Below are positions 49,785-62,425 of a stretch of DNA of 64,000 nt, piece after piece (the first letter of the stretch is position 1; each line of letters starts with the position of its first letter). The notes below the pieces were generated by a model. The model searched no databases. It saw nothing but the letters and a program-made list of their open reading frames with translations, and was not told where the DNA came from. A program made the position numbers and the translations under genes. The DNA comes from Hemiscyllium ocellatum (taxonomy: Eukaryota), in assembly GCF_020745735.1 (NCBI RefSeq), contig NC_083434.1:37755966-37819965 (forward strand), in the 5' to 3' direction.

Positions 49785-50478
49785 CAATAGACAATAGGTG
49801 CAGTAGTAGGCCATTCAGCCCTTCGAGCCTGCACCGCCATTCAATATGATCATGGCTGATCATTTCTAATCAGGATCTGCTTCCTGCCTTATCTCCATAA
49901 CCCTTGATTCCACTATCCTTGAGAGCTTTATCCAACTCTTTCTTCAATGAATCCAGAGACTGGGCCTCCACTGCCCTCTGGGGCAGAGCATTCCACACAC
50001 CCACTACACTCTGGGTGAAGAAGTTTCTCCTCATCTCTGTCCTAAATGGTCTACCCCGTATTTTTAAGCTGTGTCCTCTGTTTCGGCACTCACCCATCAG
50101 CGGATTCATGTTTCCTGCTGCCAGAGTGTCCAATCCTTTCATAATCTTATCCCCCCTCAGTCTTCTAAACTCAAGGGTATACAAGCCCAGTCACTTCAGT
50201 CTTTCAGTGTAAGGTAATCCCTCCATTCCAGGAATTGACCTTGTGAACCTACGCTGCACTCCCTCAATAACTAGAATGTCTTTCCTCAAAATTTGGAGAC
50301 CAGAACTGCACACAGTACTCCAGGTGTGGTCTCACCAGGGCCCTGTACAGCTGCAGAAGCACCTCTTTGCTTCTATACTCAATTCCTCTTGTTATGAAGG
50401 CCAGCATGCTATTAGCCTTCTTCACTACCTGCTGTACCTGCATGCTTACCTTCATGGACTGGTGTACAAGAACACCCA
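49785..50478 (-). mobile_element. CR1 3' fragment
   Basis: KKANSMLAFITRGIEYRSKEVLLQLYRALVRPHLEYCVQFWSP; RGHSLKIRG...WNALP. Confidence 0.92.
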
Positions 50479-51521
50479 GCGTCAAATCTAGGAGATGTAA
50501 AAACTAGACCAGGACTTTCAGGAGCAGATTTAGAAAACACTTCTACTATAAAGTTGACAACAGCTTTGAGCTTACTTTTTGAAAAGTTAGTTTGAGGGGA
50601 TGTGGGTGTCATTGACAAGGCCAGCATTCATCACCCATTCCTCCTGAACTGAATGGCTTGCTCTACTATTTCAGAGGGTTTTTCAGTATCAACCACATGG
50701 CTGTGGGTCTGCAGTCACATGTACGCTAGACGAGGTAAAAATGGCATATTTCCTTCCCCAAAGGACATTCATGAACTAGATGGGTTTATGCAACAGCTCA
50801 ACAGTACATGGTGCCATTTGCCAAAGTTGAACTTAAAGAAACAGACTATCTACAATGGTGGGAGATTTAAACCCTTGTTGCCAGAATATCACCTGGACCT
50901 TTGGATTGCGAGTCAAATGATTTCACCATTATGTCACCACCTCCCCTAACTGGGGTGCTGTCCCCTGCTTGAGTAACCATTCACTCAGCAGCACCCACCT
51001 CTCCCATTCAAGTTGCTCACTCTCTACACCTGTCAAGAGGCGGTCTTGGGGAACATAGCTTCATTGGTATGGGATCAGGAAACCCATTTGGTCTCCCAAC
51101 AACAGGCCATGAGAAAGTCGTGTCCAATGATGCAAACAAAGACAAGAAAAAAATTGTCAGGGCATCCACTTTGGGTTGTCAGATAGTGATCCCGAAGCAC
51201 GAAGCACAAAACAAGCAGTTCAGGGAAATGCCTGTAGCTGTTAAACATTCTGCTCAGTCAGAAATCCAGAATTCACACCTGAAGATCCAGGTTCGAACTC
51301 CAGCTCACAACTTAACGATCAAAGAACATGCAGAATATGTTTATTGGCTACTTGACAAATGCAACACTTTCCAACAGCAGGCTTTAAGAGGAGAAATTGG
51401 CTAAACGATGAAAAGAAAAAATCTACACCCTCACTATCCAATGTTCTGGTCTACAACAGTTTGGTATCTTATAGATCAAGAGACCAAATAATCTATTCTT
51501 GCTCCTCCCCTTCACTCAATT

Positions 51522-52508
51522 CTACAGCATGGAATCAGACCCTTCCATCCAACTCATCCATTCGGACCAGATATCCTAAATTAATCTAGTCCCAATTGCT
51601 AACACTTGGCCCATATTCCTCTAAACCCTTCCTATTCATATACCCATTCAGATGCCTTTGAAATGCTGTAATTGTACCAACTTTCACCACTTTGTCTGGC
51701 AGCTCATTCCATACACACACAACCATCTGTGTGAAAAAGTTATCCCTTAGCTCCCTTTAAATCTTTCTCCTCTCATGCTAAACCTACGCCCTCTAGCTTT
51801 GGACTCCCCCACCCCAGGGACAAGACCTTGGCTATCCATCACATCTATGCACCCTCATAACTTTATGAACCTCTATAGGATCACCCCTCAGTCTCTGACA
51901 CTCCAGGGAAAATAGAAAAAAATTTCATGTGAACTTATGTTTCAATTCATGGCCCCTATAAATTTTCAATTCAGCCTCTCCCTACAGCTCAAACACTTCA
52001 ACACTGGCAATGTCCTCGTAAATCTTTGCTAAACCCTTTCAGGTTTCACAACACCTTTCCAATTCCGGTCTCCCAACTATAGAATTCAATATTCCAAAAG
52101 CAGCCTAACCAAATGTCTTGTATAGCCGCAGCATGACCTCTCAATTCCTACCTTTATTGGTCAGTGCATGGACTGTAAGTGTACCAGGTGCCTTCTTCAC
52201 TATCCTGTCTACCTGCGACTCCATTTTCAAGGAAATATGAACCTGCACTCCAAGGTCTCTTTGTTCAGCAACACACCTTAGACCTTACCATTCAGTGCAT
52301 TAGTCCTGCTCTGATTTGCCTTTCCAAAGTGAAGCACCTCACATTTCTCTAAATTAAACTCCATCTGCCTTTCCTCAGCCCATTGATCCATCTGATCAAG
52401 GTCCTGTTGTATTTTGAGGTATGCTTCTTCGCTGTCCACTACACCTCCAATTTTGGCATCATCTGTAAACTTACTAACTATACCTACCATGTTCACATCC
52501 AAATCATT
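51522..52508 (-). mobile_element. CR1 fragment (RT C-terminus to 3' end)
   Basis: VSKFTDDAKIGG...QQDLDQM...MEFNLEKCEVLHFGK. Confidence 0.9.
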
Positions 52509-53100
52509 GTGTACTATAGACTTGCATTCTTTTCTCATTTGTTTTTTAATCCACAAAAGAAAATAACATTTAGCCATAAGGCCAATCTGATCTTGCCCTG
52601 TCATACCATGCCTGGTTTCGAATTGGGTAAGACGTGTGAATTCTATTATTTTATAATACAGAAAAAGGGACAAGTTATTAAAGGTTTGGTCATAAATCCA
52701 AACCGTATCCAATTACTCAACCCAACAGGGTATTGCAGTGTTCAAAAGCTGAAAATTGCAATCATCATATGTCGCTTATATAAATTTTGCAATGATCAAA
52801 TAAGGTGATAGAGCGCACTCTGCTGGCTCTCTCCAGCTACTGCATTTCAATGAAATTGCAGTTTCATTACACAGCTTCATTGATGCAGTGAAACTGGATC
52901 ATTTGGAAATAAATGTGCAACAATGTCAAGATTAACATATATTGTCCTAAAAGAATAACCATTGATGTTTTAGAGCCCACATACATTTGCGATGTTAAAG
53001 AAAAATCCCATCTTTAAAATGTTTTAAACATTCTTTGAATGTGGTCTAACTACAGGCAATTCCATGGAGCATGACGTTGTGTTAGGTTAGCGGCTACAAT

Positions 53101-53418
53101 TAGGTTAGATTCCCTAAAGTGTGGATACAGTCCCTTCAGCCCAACAAGTCCACACAGACCTTCTGAAGAGTAACCCACCCAGACCCATTCCCCTACATTT
53201 ATCCCTTCACCTAGCACTATGGGCAATTTAGCATGGCTAATTCACCTGACCTGCACATTTTTGGATTGTGGGAGGAAACCGGAGCACCCGGAGGAAACCC
53301 ACGCAGACACGGGGAGAATGTGCAAACTCCACACAGACAGTCGCCCGAGGCAGGAATTGAACCCAGGTCTCTGGTGCTGTGAGACAGCAGTGCTAATCCT
53401 TGAGCCACTGTGCCACCC
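53101..53418 (-). mobile_element. HE1/V-SINE-type SINE
   Basis: Same family. Confidence 0.9.
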
Positions 53419-53419
53419 T

Positions 53420-54055
53420 AAATGGAGAGAGAGGTGGAGGGAGAGGTGGAGGGAGAGAACAATGAGGAAGAGTAAAAGAAAGAAAAAAGTGAGAAAACGA
53501 GGAAGAACAAACTTGTGGCAGAAAGAGAACGGAAGATGGGAATGGACAGAGAAGGGAAAGAAATAAAGAGACAGAGAAAAGAGTAAAAGGACAGAAAGAG
53601 AAAATGAGGGAGAAAGAACATGAGGGAGAGTGAATGCAAGACAGAGAACGGGAGGGGGAAAATTAAAGGAATAAAAAGAGAAAAAAAGAGAGGAAAAAAG
53701 GAGGAATAAGCAAGTGAATGAGACACAGAATGCAAGGAAAAGAGAATGAGAGAGAGAAAAAAGGTGAGAGCGAGAAAAGGGAGACTGCGGAAAAGAGGGG
53801 GACAAAGAGTTAAAAAAGGTGCGAGAGGCAGAAAGAGGTAGAAAAGAGGGAGAGATATAAAAGAGTGAGAAAACAAGATAGACAGAATGAGAGAAGGAAT
53901 GAGAGGGAGGAACTGAGAAATTGAAGAGGATGAGAGAGAAGGGGAAAGGAAGAGAAAGAAAGTGACAGAACAAGGGAGAGGAAGAATGCATGAGAGAGTG
54001 TGGGAAAGGGAGGGAGAGTAACAAAAAACGAACTAGCAAAATGAAGAAAGAAGTT
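53420..54055 (+). repeat. Purine (GA)-rich low-complexity tract
   Basis: About 630 bp of almost only A and G. A shorter similar tract lies at ~12480-12608. Confidence 0.9.
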
Positions 54056-55527
54056 TGAATTCCCATTGAAATTATTTATTATAATATCTAGAAAGAGTGG
54101 AAAAGGCTCAAGTTAAGAAAAATACCAAAGTTTTGGAGCATTCTTTTTTAAACAGAGAAACGAAGGATGAAGAGAATAATATTCGACTGTTGTATTTATT
54201 GTTCCCAGCAGAGGACAGCACTGTACAGATCCATCACCTGAGTATAATATGTTTCTCCAGAGAACGATAATACCTAGTAACTGTAATCATTATCACAATA
54301 GTCGAGCTGGTAATGAGAATGGGACAAATTTGGCCAAAGGCTTGAAACAGGCTCTGAATGAGTGCTGTGCTGATATGCAACACTGGTTTGAATGGGTGGC
54401 TCTAACTCAGAATTTTCAGGCTAATTATTGCAATAGAATCACACCTATAGGCACTACACTGCTCAGTAGTGAAACATTGGTGAATTGTAATCCCCCAGAA
54501 GCTGTGTATATAGCCTGCACCCATCCACTTCCACTGAGGACGAAGAATGGGACACAGCATTCAGGACAACTCCGGTCCCGAATGAGGGGTAGCCACAAAT
54601 CCATGGAAGTGGGTGGAACTTGAAGAGCTAATGGAGGAGTCAGGATGTCCTGTAGCTGCAGTGAGACAGAGAGCTCATCTCACCTTCTCATCCTTGAAAT
54701 ATCCACTGTCTGTTACGTTTCACTATAATGGTTATTGTTCCAATGACTACAGGACAAAAAAAAACCTTTGACATTACTACTTATTGAGCAATAGTAAAGA
54801 TGTGTACTACTAACAACTATTCATACACTCCCTGTACATTGGAACTTTCAAGGACCTACTTGTGTTACAAAGGTTTTCAAACCTCCATCAGCCATCCAAT
54901 TGAATGGCAGAGTAGGCTCAATGGACTGAATGGCCTACTCCTGTTTCTATTTCCTATTGTTTTATGTGAATAGGGGAAAATGATCGACGTTGCAGGAGCA
55001 CTAAAAGTCCTCCAGAAATGACCAGTTTGCTCCCAATAAGCTTGCTGCCATTGGAAGTGGGATAACATAAGCTGAGGTGATAATAACCAATATTTTCAGT
55101 CTTTTTAACAAACTCTGGAGAAATATTCTGCCCTGAATGACCTCCTGGCTACCGTACCAGTGATGCACCGAAGATGCACAACCTCATGTTAAAATAAAGA
55201 CACACTAGGTAGACCCTTTCAGCAAAGGCTCTCATAGATGCTGATCATTATCACACAATCGAATTCAGGGCCCCATCATCACATTCTACGAACTTGGGAT
55301 TAAACTCGTGACCTTCCTTTTCCACGGCTTTCTTGTGCTTACCAGCCTGATATTGCAATTAATACATTCTGTATCATACAATTCAAGACATTCACTGCTT
55401 TCAGACTTTTGAGGTGAACGGATGCTAAAAGTGCATGTTTTACCATGAGATATTCAATAACTTAATGCATCCTTAATTGCACAGTGACTTTATAAAATGT
55501 GAGTATGTTTGTGGTATAATGGCTGCT

Positions 55528-55618
55528 GAAAGTGTGTTGCTGGTTAAAGCACAGCAGGTTAGGCAGCATTCAAGGAACAGGAAATTCGACGTTTCGGGCC
55601 AGAGCCCTTCATCAGGAA
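55528..55618 (-). mobile_element. Solo Penelope-like terminal repeat fragment with an intact hammerhead (55585-55618)
   Basis: The - strand reads UUC-CUGAUGA-A-GGGC-UCUG-GCCC-GAAA-CG-UC-GAA. Same family as the 25.4-kb array. Flanking direct repeat GGCTGCT (55521-55527, 55619-55625). Confidence 0.8.
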
Positions 55619-55744
55619 GGCTGCTACAGCCTTGGAGTATGGGTGGGAAGGTGACATGAAATTGTTGGCAAGAACGTAGAGTAGCAGCAGGGAACAAAGT
55701 GACTGGGCAGCAGCACTACTGGTCAAGCTGGTCAGGTCTTAAAG

Positions 55745-57890
55745 CAGGTGACAAGGGAACCAAGAGGGAAAAACATACTTGACCTCATCATTAATGAGCT
55801 GTTAGCTGCAGATGCATCTGTCCATGACAGTGTCAGTAAGAATGACCACCACACAGTCCTTGCAGAGATGAAGTCCCACCTTCACATTAAGAATACCCTC
55901 CATTGTGTTGTGTGGCACTATCTCAGTGCTGAATGGGACAGACTTCAAATAGATCGAACAACTAAAGACTGGGCATCAATTGTGGGCCATCAACAGCAGC
56001 ATAATTGTACTCCAACACATTCTGCAACCTCATGACCTGGCATATGCCCGACTCAACCACTACCATCAAGCCAGGGGATCATTTCTGGTTCAATAGCGAG
56101 TGCAGGAGGAGCACCAGGCGTACCTAAAAATAAAAAAGGTGTCAACTTGGTGAAGCTACCAAACAGAACTACTTGAATACCAAATAGCATAAGCATCCGG
56201 TGATCCTACAACCAACGGATCTGATCTAAGCGCTGCATTCCGATCACATCCAGTTGTGAATGGCAGTGGACAATTAAACAATTGACTGGAGGTGGAGACT
56301 CCACACATGTTCCCATCCTCAATGATGGAAGAGCCCAACACATCAGCACAAAAGACTGAAGAATTCACCGCAAAGTTAAGCTAGAAGAGCCAAGTGGATG
56401 ATCCATCTCAGCCTCCTCCAATGGCCCTCAGCATTAGATTTACCAGCCTCCAGATAATTCCATTCACTCCATGTGGTATTAAGAAATGATGAAAGACACT
56501 AGATTCTGCAAAGGCTATGGGTCCTGATACCATTTTGGAAACAGTATTGAAGGCACATGCTCCAAAACTTGCTAATCACCTCACCAGGCTGTTCCAGTAC
56601 AGCTACATCTATCCATAATGTAGAAAATTGTCCAGTATATAAAAAGCAGGACAAATCCAATTACCACCCCCATCAGTCTGCTCTCAATCATCAGTAAAAG
56701 GATGACAGTTGTCACCAACAATGCTATCAAGTAGAACCTGCTCAGTGATGCCCAGTTTGGGATCTAGCAGGGCACTCAGCTCCTGACCTCATTTAAGCCT
56801 TGGTTCAACCATGGACAAAAGAGCTGAATGCCAAAGGGGAGGTGAGAGTGACAGCCCTTGACATCAAGTCCACAATCAACAGAGTGTGGCATCAAGGAGC
56901 CCTAACAAAACCGGAAGCAGTGTATCCAGGGTCAAGCACTCTGCTAGTTGGAGTCACACCTGGTGCATAGGAAGATGGCTATAGTTGTTGGAGGTCAGTC
57001 ATCTCAGCTCCAGGACATCTTTGCAGGAGTTCCTCATGGTAGTGCCCTGAACCCAGTCATCTTCAATTGTTTCATCAATGACATTCCCTCCATCATAAGG
57101 TCAGAAGTGGAGATTTTGGTTAATGATTGCACAATGTTCAACACCATTTGTGACTCCTCAGATACTGAAGCAGTCTACATTCAAAACATCTGGACAATAC
57201 CCAGTCTTAGTCTGGCAAGTGGCGAGTGACATTTGCACAACAGAAATGCCAATAACGATCTCCATCTCCTTGACATTCAATGGTGATGCCATCACTGAAT
57301 CTCCCACCATCAACATCCTGGGGTTACTACTGACCACTCAACTGGACTTGCTACATAAACACAATGGCTACAAGAACAGGCCTGAGTTTAGGGATACAGT
57401 GACACTCACTCACCTGATTACTCGAAGTCTGACCTCCATCTACAAGGCACAGGTCAAGAGTGTGCTGAATCCTCCCTACTTGCCTGGATGGATGCAGCTC
57501 CAACAACATTCAAGCAGCTCCACATTATCCTGGACAAAGCAACCGCTTGAATGGCACCACATCCATAAGTATCCACTCCTTCCACCACTGACGCTCAGTA
57601 GCAGCAGTGTATACTACTTGTAGGATACACTGCAGAAACTCACCTAAGCTCCCAAAACTACATCCCCCAAACCCATGACTACTTATATCTAGAAGGACAA
57701 GGGCAGCAGATACATGGAAACACCTCTAACTGCAAGTTCCCTCAAAGCTAATCACCACCCTCACTTGGAAATACATCACTATTCCTTCAGTCTTGCTGAG
57801 TAAAGAGCCTGGTGGGTCAACCTACAGCCTGTGAACCACAGCGGTTCAAAATGGCAGCTCATCACCCACTTCTCAAGGACACCCAGGGAT
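55745..57890 (+). mobile_element. Second, older CR1/L2-group LINE family (endonuclease C-terminus through RT to 3' end), decayed
   Basis: PRGKNILDLI and NDHHTV (endonuclease), GVPHGSALNPVIFNCFIND and VNDCT (RT). 3' end GCGGTTCAAAATGGCAGCTCATCACC. Short 3' fragments of the same family at ~14640-14985 and ~63375-63590. Confidence 0.85.
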
Positions 57891-57897
57891 AAGACTT

Positions 57898-58213
57898 AAG
57901 ATTAGATTAGATTACTTACAGTGTGGAAACAGGCCCTTCAGCCCAACAAGTCCACACCGACCCGCCGAAGCGCAACCCACCCATACCCCTACATATACCC
58001 CTTACCTAACACTACAGGCAATTTAGCATGGCCAATTCACCTGGCCCGCACATCTTTGGACTGTGGGAGGAAACCGGAGCACCCGGAGGAAACCCACGCA
58101 GACACGGGGAGAATGTGCAAACTCCACACAGTCAGTCGCCTGAGGCGGGAATTGAACCCAGGTCCCTGGCGCTGTGAGGCAGCAGTGCTAACCACTGTGC
58201 CACCGTGCTGCCC
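57898..58213 (-). mobile_element. HE1/V-SINE-type SINE (young copy)
   Basis: Full length, with CpGs retained. Confidence 0.92.
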
Positions 58214-58861
58214 TCAATGCTGCTCCAGTCAGCAATGCCCATTTCCTGAGTGAATTAAGAAATCATTGATACAGATTCGCATTAAAAGAAGTTGTAGTTG
58301 GCTGGGTTCAAGGATTTAAATGTTAATTCCATCAAAAATGTATTCAACTGCTCAGTTCCTTTTGTTACTTGTTGTTCACTGGCTGCTTTGCAGTGAACTG
58401 ACATTTATTAAATAAACAGGATTTGACTTTTCTCACATTTTCTAAGCACCAACGGCTTAGAAAGCATAGGAACAGGAGTAGGCTATTCAGCACCTCAACA
58501 ATTCAATGAGATCATGACAATCTATGGCCTAACTCTATGTTCCTGCCTTTGACCCATAACCCCTTAAACACCTTTGTTTAACAAAAATAAATCTCAGATT
58601 TAAAATTAACCGATCTGACACCAATTGCTGATGGTGAAAGAGTTCCAAAGATTTATCACCCTTTGTGTGTAGAAGTGCTTCCTAACATCTCTCCTGAGCC
58701 AGCTGGTCCTAATTCTCAGGACACCCCCCAGTTCTAGAATTCCCAACCAGTGAAAACGGTTTCTTAATTTACCCCATCATTTCCTGTTAATATCTTGAAT
58801 ACTTCAATCAAATCACTTACAACATTAGACAATTTAAAAACTATTCAAATATTAGTAAGAT

Positions 58862-59705
58862 CTTGACCAGATGGGCCAATGGGCTGAGAAGTGGCAGATG
58901 GGAGTTTAATTCAGATAATTGTGAGGGGCTGCATTTTGGGAAAGCAAATCTTAGCAGGACTTATACACTTAATGGCAAGGTCCTAGAGAGTGTTGCTGAA
59001 CAGAGAGACCTTGGAGTGCAGGTTCATAGCCCCTTGAAAGTGGAGTCACAGGTAGATGGGGTAGTGAAGGCAGCATTTGGTATGCTTTCCTTTATTGGTC
59101 AGAGTATTGAGTACAGGAGTTGGGAGGTCATGTTGCGGCTGTACAGGACATTGGTTAGGCCACTGTTGGAATATTGCATACAATTCTGGTCACCTTCCTA
59201 TCGGAAAGATATTGTGAAACTTGAAAGGGTTCAGAAAAGATTAAGGATGTTGTCAGGGTTGGAGGATTTGAGCTATAGGGAGAGGCTGAACAAGCTGGAG
59301 CTGTTTTCCCTGGAGCTTTGGAGGCTGAGGGGTGACCTTATAGGAGGTTTACAAAATTATGAGGGGCATAGATAGGTAAAGACTTTTCTCTGGGGTCAGG
59401 GAGTTCAGAACTGGAGGGCATAGGTCCAGAACTGAGAGGGGAAAGATATAAAAGAGACCTACAAGGCAACGTTTTCACACAGAGTGATACATGTATGGTA
59501 TGGTATGAGCTGCCAGAGGAAGTGGTGGAGGCTAGTACAATTGCAACATTTAAGAGGCATTTGGATGGGTCTATGAATAGGAAGGGTTTTGAGGGATATG
59601 GGCTGGGTGCTGGCAAGTAAGACTAGATTGGGTTGGGATATCTGGTTGGCATGGACGGGTTGGACCGAAGGGTCTGTTTCCATGCTGTACATCTGTGACT
59701 CTATG
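58862..59705 (+). mobile_element. CR1 3' fragment
   Basis: QRDLGVQVH...YRTLVRPLLEYCIQFWSPSYRKDIVKLERVQKR; standard tail. Confidence 0.92.
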
Positions 59706-61188
59706 TACAGTAATCTAAATTACTGACAAGGATAAAACATTGCTAATTGTCAGCAGAATCTTCAAACTGCTTTACAGTGTTTAAACATGCTTTGTAAATA
59801 TTCTTTACCGCATGGATGTTGGAAAATGGGCTGCAATATGTTAGATATCTTTATTGTTAGAAATTTTCATTTTTATTTTTAATGCTGGACTGAAGTAAAA
59901 GCAGAAAGACCGAAAACCAGGACAGTCTGACAGCAACTAAATGAGAAAAACTGGTTAAGAGTCAGGATAAGAATTTTCCAGAATACAGAATGAGTGGCAC
60001 TTATGAAAATGAGAGATGTTGGTTATAGCCTTCTCCTCCTGCCTTCTAATGACATGCTAATTAGGAGAAGGCAGCCATTCAGCCCCCAAAGTCAGATCCA
60101 TGACTGATCGGGATTTTGGTCTCAATTCCACATTGCCACCTACCTGTGGTAATTTTGGACTCCTTCCTTGATCAAGGATCTACCTACCTCGGCCATCTGA
60201 GTATTCAATGACCCAGGCTCCATTGCGCCCTGGGAAGTGTTCCACAAACTGTCAAATCTCAGAAATAATTTCTCCTCTTCTCTTAGCAAGGTGGCAGTGT
60301 TCTAGTGATAACGTCACTAGACTAGGTATCCAGAATGCCAGGATAATGGTGTCACCTCGTTCCATTCTCTGCTGCGAGGAGAAGCTCACTTTCAGCAGGC
60401 ACCCTGTCAAGTCCCTTCAGGATTTGATGAGTTTCAAAAAGATCAGTAAAAGTTATTTGCAAACTATAGCTTCAATTCAGGCACTACATGCTTTTTGCTC
60501 ATTTCGGCAGAATCTGCTTACACCCTGTCCCGTTTCCCTCGAGGATGTTGATATTTGAAAGGTAATGATCCACAAACTGCCGACCATTTCCAACTTGTCC
60601 TCGAGGTTACCCGGATTATGAAGAAAGTGGGTCACAAAGTGCAGGTAGCATAAAGCTTTTTTTAATGTGGGATATGACCAGGAACACAGTGGCTGCTTGT
60701 GGCCTCACCTGATCTCCACTCAGGCAGACTGACCATCAACTTCCAAAGGTGAACTTGTGCTTGTTACTCTGAGAGGCCAAATAGCTCAGAATTGCAACTG
60801 AACCAACAGTGATTGCAAAACAAATATTGGATGCACGGACTACTACTGTAGCATTGGTCAGACATGCCACAGCCTTTCATTAGACCAAATTACTTATGGG
60901 GTGTGAGGTTCCAGCTCTAACATGTTCCTTATCAGATTTTGGATATTTCTAATCAACCCATTCAGAGATGGTATTACACCCTCTGAAAAGGCATGATCAG
61001 AACCAAGGCCTCTTGGCTCAGAGGTAGGGACACTACCATGCACCTCAAGGGCCCTCTTTTTTAGATTTTCTCATGACCCCCTGACAACAGGGTGTAGACT
61101 AAATGAAGGATTTCTTTTTTAAAACATACATGACAGTCAAGGACATTTTTTTTTAAAAAGACACAGTTTTTTAAGTAGTTTACACTGA

Positions 61189-61194
61189 TTTATT
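61189..61194 (-). terminator. TRAK1: Probable distal TRAK1 polyadenylation signal (3' UTR ~1.25 kb)
   Basis: AATAAA on the - strand followed about 20 nt later by ctgtgtcttttt. No recognisable transposon lies in 61170-62425, as expected for a constrained UTR. A proximal AATAAA also occurs at 62346-62351. Confidence 0.55.
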
Positions 61195-62425
61195 CCAACT
61201 CCTGTGGAGATGAATTGTTACTGTTGAAACGGTCTCATACATTAGATCCCAATCGGAAAGTGTTATTGTGTCCCTGTACGTGCACGGCCTGATTGGTGGA
61301 AAAACTCCCCTTGATTGTACGCTTACAATTGGCACCTTCCTTCAACAGACTGACTGACTAATGGACCAGTAGTGACCTACAATATAGGGAACCACATTAG
61401 GCTGGCTATATCATCCAATACATTCAAAATCACTCCTGACCCCCCTCTTCAAAAGAACAGAAATTTAATCGCTGGGGACCAGCATTCACAACATGGTGTA
61501 AAAGTGGAAACAAAATCTCAATATTCATTTTTTAAAAAATTTGCACAGTAAGAAATCATAAGGAGGCAGTTAAAACACATGCAGTAATTGTCTTATTTGT
61601 TTCCAAAATATATAGAATAAATGCATGAGACCACGGTGGGTTACCTTAGAAAAAATAAACTCAAGATTCAAAGGGGCCTGACAGCTGTTGGTTGTGAACT
61701 ATTTGACACCAACATGTATTTACAACTAACAGTGCAATTGGGAATTCTGTATTTAAGTTCCCTTTCCCCTCACATCGTGCATTAATTCAAGTGATTTATA
61801 AAAGTCACAAACACTGGATCCTGTAATAATTACTAGAGCTAATCTTACTCCATTGCACACACCTAGAGACTATGGTTATCCTTCAACAAGAGGTTCAGTA
61901 CATGAATAAATGTGGCTGTCAAAACAACATTTTAAGTTAATAGCAAAAACACACACTTTAAAAATGATGCTTCATACAATGAAACAAATTATTTTTCTTT
62001 AAAATACAGTGCATTAGTTAAAACAATGTCCTCTGCATGTCCATAACAGGTACACAGTGATGACACTGAAATGGACTGCATACTAAGTACAAAGCAGCTC
62101 CAAGTCTCTGATTGTACTGTGTAGTCAAATCATCATTAAACAGTGCAAAATTCAATCTACCTGCATTCATTAAAAAGTTAATCTTAGAACATCCACTTCA
62201 ATGTGAGTGCATGTTTTAAATCACAGAAGAGTACATCCTTAATATATATATATATACATATGTATAGCTAAGTCCTTAAATTAAATTAGTTGCGTCCAAT
62301 GAATTTCAGACTGTAAATCTATATACATAATTTTACAAAGTTTGTTTTATTCCTATCAGGCACTAAGTCAATGTATCAAACACAAAGTCAGTTCATTGGT
62401 AGTCAACCAACACTGTGCTTAACTC

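Noticed and set aside
52840-52898. Short imperfect hairpins (CAGTTTCA...TGAAACTG) as a possible miRNA precursor
   Set aside because: The stem is short and interrupted, and I recognise no mature miRNA.
53242-54066. 274-aa and 152-aa hydrophobic ORFs on the - strand
   Set aside because: Translation of a CT-rich low-complexity strand (F/S/L-rich) running into a SINE.
54249-54623. 124-aa intergenic ORF
   Set aside because: No recognisable homology or splice support; the length is compatible with chance.
57898-58213. tRNA genes at the heads of the ~300-bp repeats
   Set aside because: The A and B boxes are fused to a SINE core and LINE-derived tail in about 10 copies; they are not free-standing tRNAs.
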